Source of the DNA: a virus
Lineage: Duplodnaviria > Caudoviricetes
IMG/VR virus record: IMGVR_UViG_3300021963_000022
Strand: one strand, 5' to 3'
DNA length: 64,000 bases
This document shows, piece by piece, positions 1-9,958 of this stretch. Both the position numbers and the translations under genes were made by a program. Below the pieces are notes generated by a model. The model had not been told where the DNA came from, searched no databases, and saw only the letters and a program-made list of their open reading frames with translations. The stretch's first letter is position 1; each line of letters opens with the position of its first letter.

Positions 1-2714
1 TTGTTGGTAGTAATCCTTTACCAGCATCTTCTGTAGTTGCTGCCGGTACTGATACACAAGTTCAATTTAATGATAACGGTAGTACTGCAGGACACGCAAA
101 CTTCACATGGGATAAAACAACAGAAACATTATTTGCTACTAATTATGAAGGTAATGGCTTTACATTAAAATGTACATCAGGTCCAAATGTATTAGGGCCA
201 GTATTATGGGCACGTAATTTATTTGAAGGTACAGGCGGTGAAGTACCATATCAAGCACAACCTAATGTAACAAAATTTGTTCCTCCTGGAACAAATGGTG
301 ATGCGTTTATATCTACTGGTACAGGTTCTCCTAAGTGGGTAAAGGGGACAATTAGTGGTACACCAATTGGTCAAAATTTACCTAAACTATTACCTGGCAG
401 TTTCTTAACAGGCTCTACTGGTTATGACGGCACATCAGGACAAACATTTAGCGTTGATGCTACATCTGCACCTACTGGAAGTAAAATTGTTGTTAGAAAT
501 GCATCAGGTAATATTGAAGCTAAAGGTATATCAGGTACAACAATAATATTGACAGACGCTACACCTAGTATATCTTACACAACAGGTGCAGCAATCATAA
601 CAGGTGGTATGGGTGTTGGTGGTAATATTATATCTAATGAAAATATTAGTGCTAAAAGTTTCTTTGGTAACTTTTACGGTAACTTTGTAGGTTCATTTGA
701 AACGGACGCGCCTACAAAAACTGTATTGTTTATGGAGCCTGGCGGCAAAGTAGGTAATGATTCAAAGTTCTATTATGATAAATCACAAGAATCATTAGTT
801 GCTCCTATCTTTAGGGGTCTAGGATCCGGATTAGATGATATACCAGGTAGTAATGTAACCGGTAAAGTGGCAACTGCAATTCTTGCAGATAATGCAACAA
901 AAGCGGCCACAGCCGATCTTGCAACTAGAGCAATAAATTTTGACGGTGGTAGTGCAGGTGGAGTTGTATATCAAAAAGCAACCGGATCTACTGGAATAAC
1001 ATCCCCGGGTGATGCGGGTCAATTCTTAAAATCATCTGGTGGCGGAGCTCCTACATGGGCAGCAGGAACTATTTCTACAATTCCTTTAGGTGATAACTTA
1101 AAAACATTGACATTTGGTACAGGGTTTGAAAAATCTGGTTCAACGTACATAGGTAAAGATGCACTTACTATTGCAGTAGATTTAGATGTAGCAGGTACTG
1201 CTGATAAAATTGTCAAACGTAAATCAGACGGTGGTATTAATGCAAGTGGTGAAAGTAATTTAGGTGATAAAGTTACAGCTAAGTTGTTTGTTGGTGATAT
1301 ACAAGGTAGTATAACTGATGCAGTTAATGCAACGTTTGCAGGCACTGTTAAAACAGCGGATCAGCCTAATATTACTGCAGTCGGAACTCTAACTAAGTTA
1401 GCTGTAACAGGTGGAATAACATCGGGTGGCACAATTGAAGGTAAATCATTTACTGGTAACGGAGCAGGTCTTACTAACATCAAAACTGCAGATGTTGCAA
1501 ATCTTGTAGTAGGTGCAAATGTAACAGGTAAGGTTGCAAATGCAACTTATGCTGATACTACCGGAGCGTCACTGAGTGCGGCAAACATATTAGGCGGAGT
1601 CTTTGGTTCAATACCTTATCAGAATGGTATTAGTACTACAGCTATGCTTGCCCCCGGAACAGCAGATCAGGCATTAATATCTGGTGGTACTGGTGCTGCC
1701 CCTAAATGGGTAGCAGGAACTATATCTGGTATTAAATTAGGTAAAGATTTAAAAGACCATTCGAATGGTGCATACATAATAGGTGGTAAGTACAATGGAA
1801 GTGGTGATATAATTTGGTCAGTCGATGCAGTATCAGGAAATACAGCTAATAAGATTGTATTACGTGATACAAGTAGTAACTTTGAAGCAGGTAACATTAC
1901 TGCTGTACAATTCATTGGTAATCTTAAAGGTAATATATCAGGTGGTGGTGATACGACGGTTATATATCAAACTGCAAAAGATACTACTGCGTTTTTAACT
2001 AAAGGACAACCAAATCAAGTATTGACTATGGCTCCTTCAGGTACAGGTTTGGCATGGACATTACCTCAGATATCTGGTGTAGGTTTAGGTGGCACATTGA
2101 AAAACTTAACAGCTGGTTACGGCCTTGCTGGTGGTTACTATAATGGTACAGGTGACATTACATTTACAGTTGATTCTACCCCATTAGCATTAGCAAATAG
2201 AGTTGCAAATCGTGATAGTACCGGAAGTATGTATATGAATGTTGCATATGCAATAGGATTAAATGCAGGAAGTGCATCAGCTGCAGGTACAATTACTGGT
2301 AATTGGGTGTTGTCAAGTGGATCTAAATTAATGGCAACATACTCTGACTTAGCAGAATACTACGCAGGTGATAAAGATATTGAATCAGGTACTGTAGTAG
2401 AATTTGGAGGTGATAATGAAATCACTACTTCAATGACTCCAATGTCAGCAAAAGTAGCCGGTATTGTAACAACTGCTCCAGCATATGTAATGAATAGTAA
2501 TATTGATTGTGAATTCCCTGTATCATTAGCATTGCAAGGTCGTGTACCTTGCAAAGTAGTGGGTGATATTGCCAAAGGTGATATAATGGTTAGTGCAGGC
2601 AACGGTAGGGCAATGGCATGCAGTCAGCCTATCATGGGTTCAATAATAGGTAAGAGTTTAGAGAATTTTACCGGCACAGAAGGTATAGTTGAAATTGCAG
2701 TTGGTAGACTATAA
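1..2714 (+). CDS. Tail fibre-like protein, 5' partial, with C-terminal intramolecular chaperone / peptidase G2-like autocleavage domain
   Basis: Frame 3 is open from position 3 (VGSNPLPASSVV...) through the track ORF 549..2714, so the true start is upstream of the window. Gly/Thr-rich, with four ~95-aa repeats. C-terminus DLAEYY...PAYVMN...LALQGRVPCKV is typical of phage fibre chaperone domains. Confidence 0.75.
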   Translation, partial: VGSNPLPASSVVAAGTDTQVQFNDNGSTAGHANFTWDKTTETLFATNYEGNGFTLKCTSGPNVLGPVLWARNLFEGTGGEVPYQAQPNVTKFVPPGTNGDAFISTGTGSPKWVKGTISGTPIGQNLPKLLPGSFLTGSTGYDGTSGQTFSVDATSAPTGSKIVVRNASGNIEAKGISGTTIILTDATPSISYTTGAAIITGGMGVGGNIISNENISAKSFFGNFYGNFVGSFETDAPTKTVLFMEPGGKVGNDSKFYYDKSQESLVAPIFRGLGSGLDDIPGSNVTGKVATAILADNATKAATADLATRAINFDGGSAGGVVYQKATGSTGITSPGDAGQFLKSSGGGAPTWAAGTISTIPLGDNLKTLTFGTGFEKSGSTYIGKDALTIAVDLDVAGTADKIVKRKSDGGINASGESNLGDKVTAKLFVGDIQGSITDAVNATFAGTVKTADQPNITAVGTLTKLAVTGGITSGGTIEGKSFTGNGAGLTNIKTADVANLVVGANVTGKVANATYADTTGASLSAANILGGVFGSIPYQNGISTTAMLAPGTADQALISGGTGAAPKWVAGTISGIKLGKDLKDHSNGAYIIGGKYNGSGDIIWSVDAVSGNTANKIVLRDTSSNFEAGNITAVQFIGNLKGNISGGGDTTVIYQTAKDTTAFLTKGQPNQVLTMAPSGTGLAWTLPQISGVGLGGTLKNLTAGYGLAGGYYNGTGDITFTVDSTPLALANRVANRDSTGSMYMNVAYAIGLNAGSASAAGTITGNWVLSSGSKLMATYSDLAEYYAGDKDIESGTVVEFGGDNEITTSMTPMSAKVAGIVTTAPAYVMNSNIDCEFPVSLALQGRVPCKVVGDIAKGDIMVSAGNGRAMACSQPIMGSIIGKSLENFTGTEGIVEIAVGRL

Positions 2715-2724
2715 AGGAAAAAAG

Positions 2725-3348
2725 ATGATAACTATTGAGATTTTACAAAAAATATGTCCTAAAACAAGAACTAGCATATTAGAAACATATGCGATGCCAC
2801 TACATGAAGTAGCAGAGTATTATGATATGTACACTAATCCTAAACGTGTGGCAGCATTTTTAGCTCAAACAGCACACGAATCCGGTGGATTTAATTTTGT
2901 AAAAGAGAACTTGAACTATAGTGCTAAAGGATTAATGGGTACGTTCAAAAAGTATTTTCCTACAGAAGATTTAGCAAGACAATATGAACGTCAGCCAGCT
3001 AAAATCGCTAACAGAGTATATGCAAATCGTATGGGTAATGGACCAGAAGAATCAGGCGACGGCTACAAATTTTGTGGTCGTGGTTTAATTCAATTAACCG
3101 GTAAACAAAACTATACCAAATTTGCTGAAGATTTGGGTATTAGCTTAGAAGATACAGTGGCATATTTAGAAACATCAGCAGGTGCAGTAAGTAGTGCGGG
3201 ATGGTTTTGGGATAACAATAACTTAAATCAATATTGCGATAAAGATGATTTTGTTACATTGACAAAACGTATCAACGGTGGAACTATTGGTTTAGAAGAT
3301 AGAAAACATCACTACGAAATTGCATTACATGCATTAGGCGCACATTAA
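2725..3348 (+). CDS. Glycoside hydrolase family 19 (chitinase-like) endolysin/lysozyme
   Basis: AAFLAQTAHESGGF, ENLNYS, GRGLIQLTGKQNY, SAGWFW and TKRINGGTIGLEDR motifs; AAGGA SD before ATG 2725. Confidence 0.9.
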   Translation: MITIEILQKICPKTRTSILETYAMPLHEVAEYYDMYTNPKRVAAFLAQTAHESGGFNFVKENLNYSAKGLMGTFKKYFPTEDLARQYERQPAKIANRVYANRMGNGPEESGDGYKFCGRGLIQLTGKQNYTKFAEDLGISLEDTVAYLETSAGAVSSAGWFWDNNNLNQYCDKDDFVTLTKRINGGTIGLEDRKHHYEIALHALGAH

Positions 3349-3349
3349 T

Positions 3350-5527
3350 ATGGCACAACCAGTTTGGATAACTAATGCAGGAAGTCTAGGTACTTACCCG
3401 TCTAATTCAGTCATATCTATTCCGGTAAGTGCTCAGGCAGTATTACCTGCTACTTCAGTCACTTACAAATTATTAAGCGGTAGTCTCCCTGCAGGCGCAA
3501 ACGTTTCTATAAATAAGAATGGTTTAATAACTGGTATATTAGATAGTGTAGCTGTTAATATAAATTATACTTTCACTATAAGATGCACGGATGACAAATT
3601 TAACCTCACTGATAGAACATTCTCTATCACTACATCCGCTGCCGCTGAACCTAAACTGACTACCCCAGCTGGTAAGATTTTGCAAACGTTCGATAGTAAG
3701 TGGGTAGACATTCAATTAAATTATACCAATCCAGTAAGTACTAATACAGTAGTTATAACAAAAACTAGTGGCTTGCTTCCTCCTGGTTTGGAAATTAATG
3801 AGACAGGAAGAATCAGAGGGTATCCTGCTCCTCCGGTTAATGCTTCAAATGCGCCTACTACAAAAACATATAGCTTTACCGTATCGTTAGCGAGCCCATT
3901 AGGCAATGACGTAAAAATTTATTCAATAACTGTTAACAATTGGAATTTATCTAATCCTGGAAAAACAAGGGTACCGGCAATACTGAACTTAAATCCAGCA
4001 ACATTTAATATAAGCCCAACTGACTCGTATTATGATTACTATATAACATCTAATTATATTCCCACAGTTACTAGTAGTGACTTCTTTTCATTTAAAATAT
4101 TAGGTAAAGATTTTGATGGATCAAATTTATATTATGATTTTAGAGGTCTACCATTAGGTTTGACAGGTGATACTAATACAGGCTGGATTACAGGTAAACC
4201 AGTTTTGAATTCAACTGGTATCTCTCAATTTAGTTTTACTGTAAGTGTTCAAAAAGCTGACACCAGGTCAATTGCATCCCCGTACCAACCATTCTTAATT
4301 ACTGTAAGTAATAATGTTGTAAATGATGTAGTATGGATAACTGAAGAAGATTTAGGTTACATTTCTAATGGTGCTATCAGTGATTTGTATGTAAACGCAG
4401 ACTCACAATATGCATTGTCATACAGATTGATTAGTGGTGACTTTCCTCCTAACCTAACATTATCTTCAAACGGTGAAATTATAGGTAGAGTAGCCCAACA
4501 ACCTAAAACTACTATGATGGAAGAAGGTGATACTTCTGAGTACATATTTTTAATAGAAGCGTTTTCTCCTACCTATCCTTTATTAGCAATACAAAAACAA
4601 TTTAAATTAACAATTCGTATTGATTATCCTGCAGTTTATGAAAACTTGTACTTCAAAGCCACACCTAGTCTAAATGATAGAGATGTGTTGAATACATTAT
4701 TAGTTAATGATGAACTTATACCACCTGAATATTTGTATAGACCAACCGACCCTTACTTTGGTAAAGCAACTAATGTGTCATATGTACATGCATATGGAAT
4801 GAATTCTAGTTCAATAGAAAGTTACATTGACGCTGTGCAGAAGAATCATTACTGGAGACAAGTTATCTTGGGTGATCTTAAAACAGCAGTAGCAAAAGAC
4901 AAAAACGGTAATGTGATATATGAAGTCGTTTATAGTCAAGTAGTTGATGAGTTAGTCAACAGTCAAACAGGTGTAAGCGTACCACCTGAGATATATTGGC
5001 CCAAGTATATTGACTTAAACTTAGGTCCATGGCAAATTAGTAGTACAAAAATCTTCACTAGTTTTGAAGAAGTATTAGGGCAAGATTACACAACAAGTTT
5101 AACACCGGGACAAGTTAGAAAACTTTACCCTGCTAGTTTTAAAAACATGCGAGAAGAAGTATCGTCTATCATTGGTAATAACTACAATGTAGATTTACTT
5201 CCTAAATGGATGACTACTCAACAGTCTAATGGTGTTATTTTGGGATACATTCAAGCGTGGGTAATATGCTATACATTACCTGGCTACTCTGATACTATTA
5301 AAGAAAATATAGTCAACAATTGGGATTATCGTATCAATAGAATTAACTTCCAAGTTGACCGATATCTTGTAGATAAAACTGCAACATTTGACTACAACAA
5401 TTACTTGTCACCTGCTCAATGGAATGAATTACCTAGCGGTACTCCTGAGCCTAACCCATTAGATATTAATGACTTTGCTGTATTGTTCCCGCAGAAAACT
5501 ATTTTACCAAAGCAAGTTGACTACTAA
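3350..5527 (+). CDS. Virion structural protein with repeated putative Ig-like domains (baseplate/wedge-like)
   Basis: Repeated WITxxGSLG / LPPGL.I...G.I.G / YTFTI units; sits among tail genes. Confidence 0.55.
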   Translation: MAQPVWITNAGSLGTYPSNSVISIPVSAQAVLPATSVTYKLLSGSLPAGANVSINKNGLITGILDSVAVNINYTFTIRCTDDKFNLTDRTFSITTSAAAEPKLTTPAGKILQTFDSKWVDIQLNYTNPVSTNTVVITKTSGLLPPGLEINETGRIRGYPAPPVNASNAPTTKTYSFTVSLASPLGNDVKIYSITVNNWNLSNPGKTRVPAILNLNPATFNISPTDSYYDYYITSNYIPTVTSSDFFSFKILGKDFDGSNLYYDFRGLPLGLTGDTNTGWITGKPVLNSTGISQFSFTVSVQKADTRSIASPYQPFLITVSNNVVNDVVWITEEDLGYISNGAISDLYVNADSQYALSYRLISGDFPPNLTLSSNGEIIGRVAQQPKTTMMEEGDTSEYIFLIEAFSPTYPLLAIQKQFKLTIRIDYPAVYENLYFKATPSLNDRDVLNTLLVNDELIPPEYLYRPTDPYFGKATNVSYVHAYGMNSSSIESYIDAVQKNHYWRQVILGDLKTAVAKDKNGNVIYEVVYSQVVDELVNSQTGVSVPPEIYWPKYIDLNLGPWQISSTKIFTSFEEVLGQDYTTSLTPGQVRKLYPASFKNMREEVSSIIGNNYNVDLLPKWMTTQQSNGVILGYIQAWVICYTLPGYSDTIKENIVNNWDYRINRINFQVDRYLVDKTATFDYNNYLSPAQWNELPSGTPEPNPLDINDFAVLFPQKTILPKQVDY

Positions 5528-5530
5528 ATA
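5524..5530 (+). promoter_or_regulatory. T4-late-like promoter motif CTAAATA
   Basis: Lies at the gene junction upstream of ATG 5549; one of a recurring xTAAATA set. Confidence 0.45.
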
Positions 5531-5548
5531 CAATATCGGAATAATATT

Positions 5549-6355
5549 ATGAGTACAATTGACACAAACGGAATAGACCCAAATTACCCAGTACCCGGAG
5601 TAAACAATAGCTCCCAAGGTTTCAGAGATAATTTTTCTAGTATTAAGGTTAACTTAGATACTGCTGCCACTGAGATTACAGATTTACAAAACAAAGTAGT
5701 TGTAAAGTCTGCATTAACCGGATCAGTAGTTGATAACAACATGGCTAACACATTGATTAGCAATGCTTTAGTGAGAAGCTTTAGAGCAACCACATTTAAT
5801 TTAGGTAATAACATATCAGGCACAGCGACTATTGATGTAAGTAAAGGTGACGTACAATATGGTACAATCGTAGCTAATACTACTCTTAACTTTGGCGGAT
5901 GGAGTCCTTCTAGTACACAAAGCAATGTGCAATTACAATTAACTGTTGCTAATGCTAATGCTGTAGTTTCTTTCCCTGTTACTACTAATGATGCTAATGC
6001 AAAACCAGTATTAGGTATGACAAAAACAGCATCGCTATTAGAAAATTATACAAGTAACTTAGCCACACCTATTGCTAATTCAGTATATACTAATAAAATT
6101 ACTGCACCATACAATACAAAGAATCTATCGTATAACATCACTACAACCGATTGCGGTGTAACACTAGATATTGAACCATTAACTCGCCCACAAAAAACAA
6201 CACAAGTAACTGGTAATAGAACTATAACTGCTATTGGTGCACAGGGTGACTTACCCGGTGCGATAGCTACTGATGGTGCTAACTTGTACTTTTGTACAGG
6301 TACATATGACGGCTCTACTGTTATATGGAAAAAAGTTACTCTAGGTAGTGTGTAA
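5549..6355 (+). CDS. Probable virion structural protein
   Basis: 268-aa ORF; N-terminus IDPNYPVPGVNNSSQGFRDNF; Thr/Asn-rich; tail-gene context. Confidence 0.55.
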   Translation: MSTIDTNGIDPNYPVPGVNNSSQGFRDNFSSIKVNLDTAATEITDLQNKVVVKSALTGSVVDNNMANTLISNALVRSFRATTFNLGNNISGTATIDVSKGDVQYGTIVANTTLNFGGWSPSSTQSNVQLQLTVANANAVVSFPVTTNDANAKPVLGMTKTASLLENYTSNLATPIANSVYTNKITAPYNTKNLSYNITTTDCGVTLDIEPLTRPQKTTQVTGNRTITAIGAQGDLPGAIATDGANLYFCTGTYDGSTVIWKKVTLGSV

Positions 6356-6361
6356 TAAATA
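6354..6361 (+). promoter_or_regulatory. T4-late-like promoter motif AATAAATA
   Basis: 4 nt upstream of ATG 6366, no SD. Confidence 0.45.
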
Positions 6362-6365
6362 CCTA

Positions 6366-6596
6366 ATGCAACATCCCTTCATACATAACTTAGAAGATAA
6401 AACTATAGACGAATTGCAGAAAACTATTTCTCAATTGAATTCTAGGTTATTTCAAGCTAGTAGAACACTACACCCTACGTTGGTTCCGCAAATACAAATG
6501 GCATTAGAAAGCTATAATGCAGAGTACACCCGCCGTATAGATGAAGTATACAAGAAACAAAATTTAGAAAACAAAATTAACATTACCAAATCATAA
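6366..6596 (+). CDS. Hypothetical helical protein
   Basis: ORF 6348..6596; ATG 6366 preferred as start. Confidence 0.6.
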   Translation: MQHPFIHNLEDKTIDELQKTISQLNSRLFQASRTLHPTLVPQIQMALESYNAEYTRRIDEVYKKQNLENKINITKS

Positions 6597-7210
6597 TGAC
6601 AGCTAGAATTAATAGAAGTTTTGACTTCCAAACAGGCGTACACTTCAGTGATGATTTTTTTATGAACTTGTACGATGTAGATATTGACTTTATGGTAGAA
6701 TCAGAATCTATAAGAGAACAAAACATTGCACTAGAACGAATAAAATACTTCTTACAAGAAAGTATTGAGAATTGCATCTTTGTACAAGACACTGAAACAA
6801 TAGCTATTGAAAAATATGCTGAAGCTAACATGAAGGTCTGTATACTACCAGAAGAACCGTATGACCAAATCATAGGCATCATGCTTATGGTAAAACTAAA
6901 CGCTATCACAGAGGGTAGATTATCTATCACTGACCTTTCTATCTGTAGTAAAATGAGCGATGGTGTACGTTGTCTACATGGATATGATGAGAATACCGGG
7001 CCATTCAAGTTACCCGGATGGTGGCATGATAGTAACACTAAAATTTCTAATCTATTATCTAATAGCAAAAACAAGAAGATTCTTAAATTGTCCAAACCAC
7101 CTGTTGATTGGGAAGACGTTTTTTTGGGTTGGGAAGAGAAACCACAATTGGGTAAAAGCACACCAAGCGCAGAAATAGTTTTTGGCATATTTGACAACAA
7201 AAATAAATAA
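6596..7210 (+). CDS. Conserved phage hypothetical protein
   Basis: 204-aa ORF overlapping the previous stop (TAATG). Confidence 0.65.
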   Translation: MTARINRSFDFQTGVHFSDDFFMNLYDVDIDFMVESESIREQNIALERIKYFLQESIENCIFVQDTETIAIEKYAEANMKVCILPEEPYDQIIGIMLMVKLNAITEGRLSITDLSICSKMSDGVRCLHGYDENTGPFKLPGWWHDSNTKISNLLSNSKNKKILKLSKPPVDWEDVFLGWEEKPQLGKSTPSAEIVFGIFDNKNK

Positions 7211-7219
7211 CCATAATAG

Positions 7220-7248
7220 TTGATTATTACAATTAACTATGCTATCAT
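7220..7248 (+). promoter_or_regulatory. sigma70-type promoter (TTGATT-17-TATCAT, extended TG)
   Basis: -35 at 7220-7225, -10 at 7243-7248, ATG at 7254. Confidence 0.6.
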
Positions 7249-7253
7249 ATGGT

Positions 7254-7760
7254 ATGCATGTAGATAAACATAGTAGGCAAATTCTAACTGAACAAGATTT
7301 ATGCAATCTGTATATGTCTGATCCTACACGTTCAATCAGAAATGCATTAGTTGATACTACTATAGATTTTTCAGATATATTGGGTATTACAAATTTACCT
7401 ACAATTACTCAATATCAACCTGAAGATATATCAACAATCGAATTTGATAATCGTAGTCAGAACAATTGGAATATGCCAACTGAATATAGTGAGTTAGATA
7501 TCGCTAAATTTGTGTTGGACCAATGTAAAACTGAAGAAGAATTACAACGTGCGGGAAAAGAACTAATAATGTTTCAAGAACGGGAGATGTTCCCGCTGTT
7601 ACAATATTTAAAGTATCTCGTAGATACAATGCGTAAGAATAATGTAATTTGGGGAGTAGGTAGAGGAAGTAGTGTATCTAGTTATGTTCTTTACCTAATA
7701 GGAGTACATAGGATAAATAGTTTGTTCTACGACCTTTCTATAGACGAATTTTTAAAATAA
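7254..7760 (+). CDS. Stand-alone fragment of DNA polymerase III alpha (DnaE) family
   Basis: YLKYLVDTMRKNNVIWGVGRGSSVSSYVLYLIGVHRIN matches the DnaE GxGRGSxxGSLVAY.LGIT segment; the protein stops shortly after. Confidence 0.75.
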   Translation: MHVDKHSRQILTEQDLCNLYMSDPTRSIRNALVDTTIDFSDILGITNLPTITQYQPEDISTIEFDNRSQNNWNMPTEYSELDIAKFVLDQCKTEEELQRAGKELIMFQEREMFPLLQYLKYLVDTMRKNNVIWGVGRGSSVSSYVLYLIGVHRINSLFYDLSIDEFLK

Positions 7761-7771
7761 GGAGAAAAATC

Positions 7772-8077
7772 ATGTCAATGTACAAATCAGCAAGAGGTAA
7801 AACAATTGATATGTCCACATTAGCTACAAAGAATGAAAAGACACGTGCTGTGGGCAATATGAATGTTAATGCAAGAGGGGATATTATTGATCCTCATGGT
7901 AAGATAGTACGTGATTCTACTAATAGAATCAAAAACTCTTACAATAAAACAGTTACTACTGCTCCTAACAATTTGAATCGATCACCTATTGAAGCAGATA
8001 AAACAATCGATAAAAACGAGTTGACTGCTGAAGAATTAGAATTTGAAGAAGATGATGACGAGGAAATTAAAAAGTGA
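7772..8077 (+). CDS. Conserved phage hypothetical protein with acidic C-terminus
   Basis: 101-aa ORF with AGGAG SD. Confidence 0.65.
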   Translation: MSMYKSARGKTIDMSTLATKNEKTRAVGNMNVNARGDIIDPHGKIVRDSTNRIKNSYNKTVTTAPNNLNRSPIEADKTIDKNELTAEELEFEEDDDEEIKK

Positions 8078-8442
8078 AATTAGCATTTGAACCACATAGA
8101 TTCAACAAGGATCAATTTAAACCATTAGGTGAACATGTCATTGTATATGACATGACATTTGATGAACGTATCACGCACAGTGGTATCATTTTACCAAACG
8201 ATGATATGAAGTCATCAGGTATCAGACCTCGTTGGGCGCAGATTTATGCAGTAGGACCCGATCAAACTGATCCTGAATTAGTTCCGGGTAAATGGATCTG
8301 TATATCACACGGAAGATGGACTCGAGGTGTCGATATTGAAGATGAAACGGGCAAACACACCATACGCAGAGTAGATATTAATGATATACTACTTGTAAGT
8401 GACGAGCCCGTCTACGATTTAACAATGAGTGACAAAGTATAA
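8074..8442 (+). CDS. groES: GroES-like co-chaperonin
   Basis: FKPLGEHVIV, mobile loop THSGIILP, YAVGP, DINDILLV. Confidence 0.7.
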   Translation: MKLAFEPHRFNKDQFKPLGEHVIVYDMTFDERITHSGIILPNDDMKSSGIRPRWAQIYAVGPDQTDPELVPGKWICISHGRWTRGVDIEDETGKHTIRRVDINDILLVSDEPVYDLTMSDKV

Positions 8443-8451
8443 AGGAACACA

Positions 8452-8754
8452 ATGATAAACTGGTTAAGATTAAAACTACATAATTTTATTTTTCCACAGG
8501 ATATTAATGAGGTGGTAGAATCAAAACATCCTTCTACTAGAAGAGGTGTTGCCCTTGTTAGTCGCGGCTCACACCTCGATAGTAGAGGTATGAATTTTAC
8601 AATTCATATGGCTAATGGTGGTTATGTATTGGAGTATTCATCGTATAATGAGAAAACAGACAGGCACGATACCGCACTACATATTATCAATAGTGAAACT
8701 GATTTAGGTCAAGGTATTGCACACGTTATTACATTGGAAATGTTAAAAAAATGA
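8452..8754 (+). CDS. Hypothetical protein
   Basis: 100-aa ORF with AAGGA SD. Confidence 0.6.
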   Translation: MINWLRLKLHNFIFPQDINEVVESKHPSTRRGVALVSRGSHLDSRGMNFTIHMANGGYVLEYSSYNEKTDRHDTALHIINSETDLGQGIAHVITLEMLKK

Positions 8755-9674
8755 AGAATCAACTATGGGTTGAGAAGTATCGTCCTAATATAATTGAGGA
8801 CTATGTTTTTGTAGATGACAATCAACGACAACAGGTTACTGGCTGGGTTAAGACTCAGAGTATCCCTCACTTGTTGTTGAGTGGTGAGCCAGGTACAGGT
8901 AAGACCACACTAGCAAAAATATTGATTAATGAACTAGGTATTAATGAATACGATACACTAGAAATCAATGCTTCACGTGAAAATAGTGTTGACGTTGTAC
9001 GTGACAAAATTTTAGGATTTGTGCAAACAATGCCATTTGGTAAGTTTAAAGTCGTATTATTAGATGAAGCTGATTACTTGACCCCAGCTGGTCAGGCAGC
9101 ATTGCGTAATGATATGGAAGCGTATCATATGACTGCACGATTCATTCTAACATGTAACTATCAGCATCGTATTATACCAGCACTTAAGAGCAGATGTCAT
9201 GAGTTTCACATCACAAAGACAGACAGAACAGAGTTTACTACACGTGCGGCAAAAGTGTTGTTAACTGAGGGTGTTGAATTTGATTTAGATGTATTGGATA
9301 ACTATATACGTGCTACATATCCAGACTTACGTAAGTGTTTGAATCAACTTCAAGTCAACAGTAGTACTGGTAAACTTATCAATACATCCACTACAACAGA
9401 CGGAGAAGACAGTTTGTTAGCAGAAGCTACACAGTTGTTTAAGTCCGGTAAGATTATTGAAGGTCGTCAACAACTACTTCAATATCTTGCGTTGTATCCA
9501 AGTCGTATTGAAGATACATACAGATGGATGTACGAAAATTTAGATTTGTGGGGAAATTCACAAGAACGCAAAGATGCGTCAGTTATTATAATTCGTAATG
9601 GTTTGGCAAACTTAAGTCTTGTGGGTATTCCAGAAATCAATCTAGCAGCCACAATTATTGAACTTACCAGTTAA
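8751..9674 (+). CDS. Clamp loader AAA+ subunit (RFC small subunit / T4 gp44-like)
   Basis: LWVEKYRP, GEPGTGKT, LEINAS, VLLDEAD, FILTCN, ALKSRC, DLRKCLNQLQ. Confidence 0.92.
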   Translation: MKNQLWVEKYRPNIIEDYVFVDDNQRQQVTGWVKTQSIPHLLLSGEPGTGKTTLAKILINELGINEYDTLEINASRENSVDVVRDKILGFVQTMPFGKFKVVLLDEADYLTPAGQAALRNDMEAYHMTARFILTCNYQHRIIPALKSRCHEFHITKTDRTEFTTRAAKVLLTEGVEFDLDVLDNYIRATYPDLRKCLNQLQVNSSTGKLINTSTTTDGEDSLLAEATQLFKSGKIIEGRQQLLQYLALYPSRIEDTYRWMYENLDLWGNSQERKDASVIIIRNGLANLSLVGIPEINLAATIIELTS

Positions 9675-9682
9675 GGAAAAAC

Positions 9683-9934
9683 ATGAGATATTTTTTAGTT
9701 ACATATACCACCAAAGCAGGTGGACAGATCGATGAAGTTGTTAGTGTTAGTAAAAATACTAGACCAAATGACATTCAGACTTGTAATGTGATTATGGATT
9801 ACAAGAATCGGAGAGTAGATAAGTGTGTTATTGAAGGAAAGAAAGTAGATACTGATTGGGAAAAGTTAGATGCCTATTATAGGCAATTATACCCTAACAT
9901 TATTGAACGGTTAGAAGCAGAAGCTAAAACATAA
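9683..9934 (+). CDS. Hypothetical protein
   Basis: 83-aa ORF with AAGGA SD. Confidence 0.6.
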   Translation: MRYFLVTYTTKAGGQIDEVVSVSKNTRPNDIQTCNVIMDYKNRRVDKCVIEGKKVDTDWEKLDAYYRQLYPNIIERLEAEAKT

Positions 9935-9958
9935 AAGAGGGCTTTCGCCCTCTTTTTT
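9933..9958. terminator. Bidirectional rho-independent terminator
   Basis: AAAAGAGGGC-TTTC-GCCCTCTTTT(TT) between convergent genes. Confidence 0.85.
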
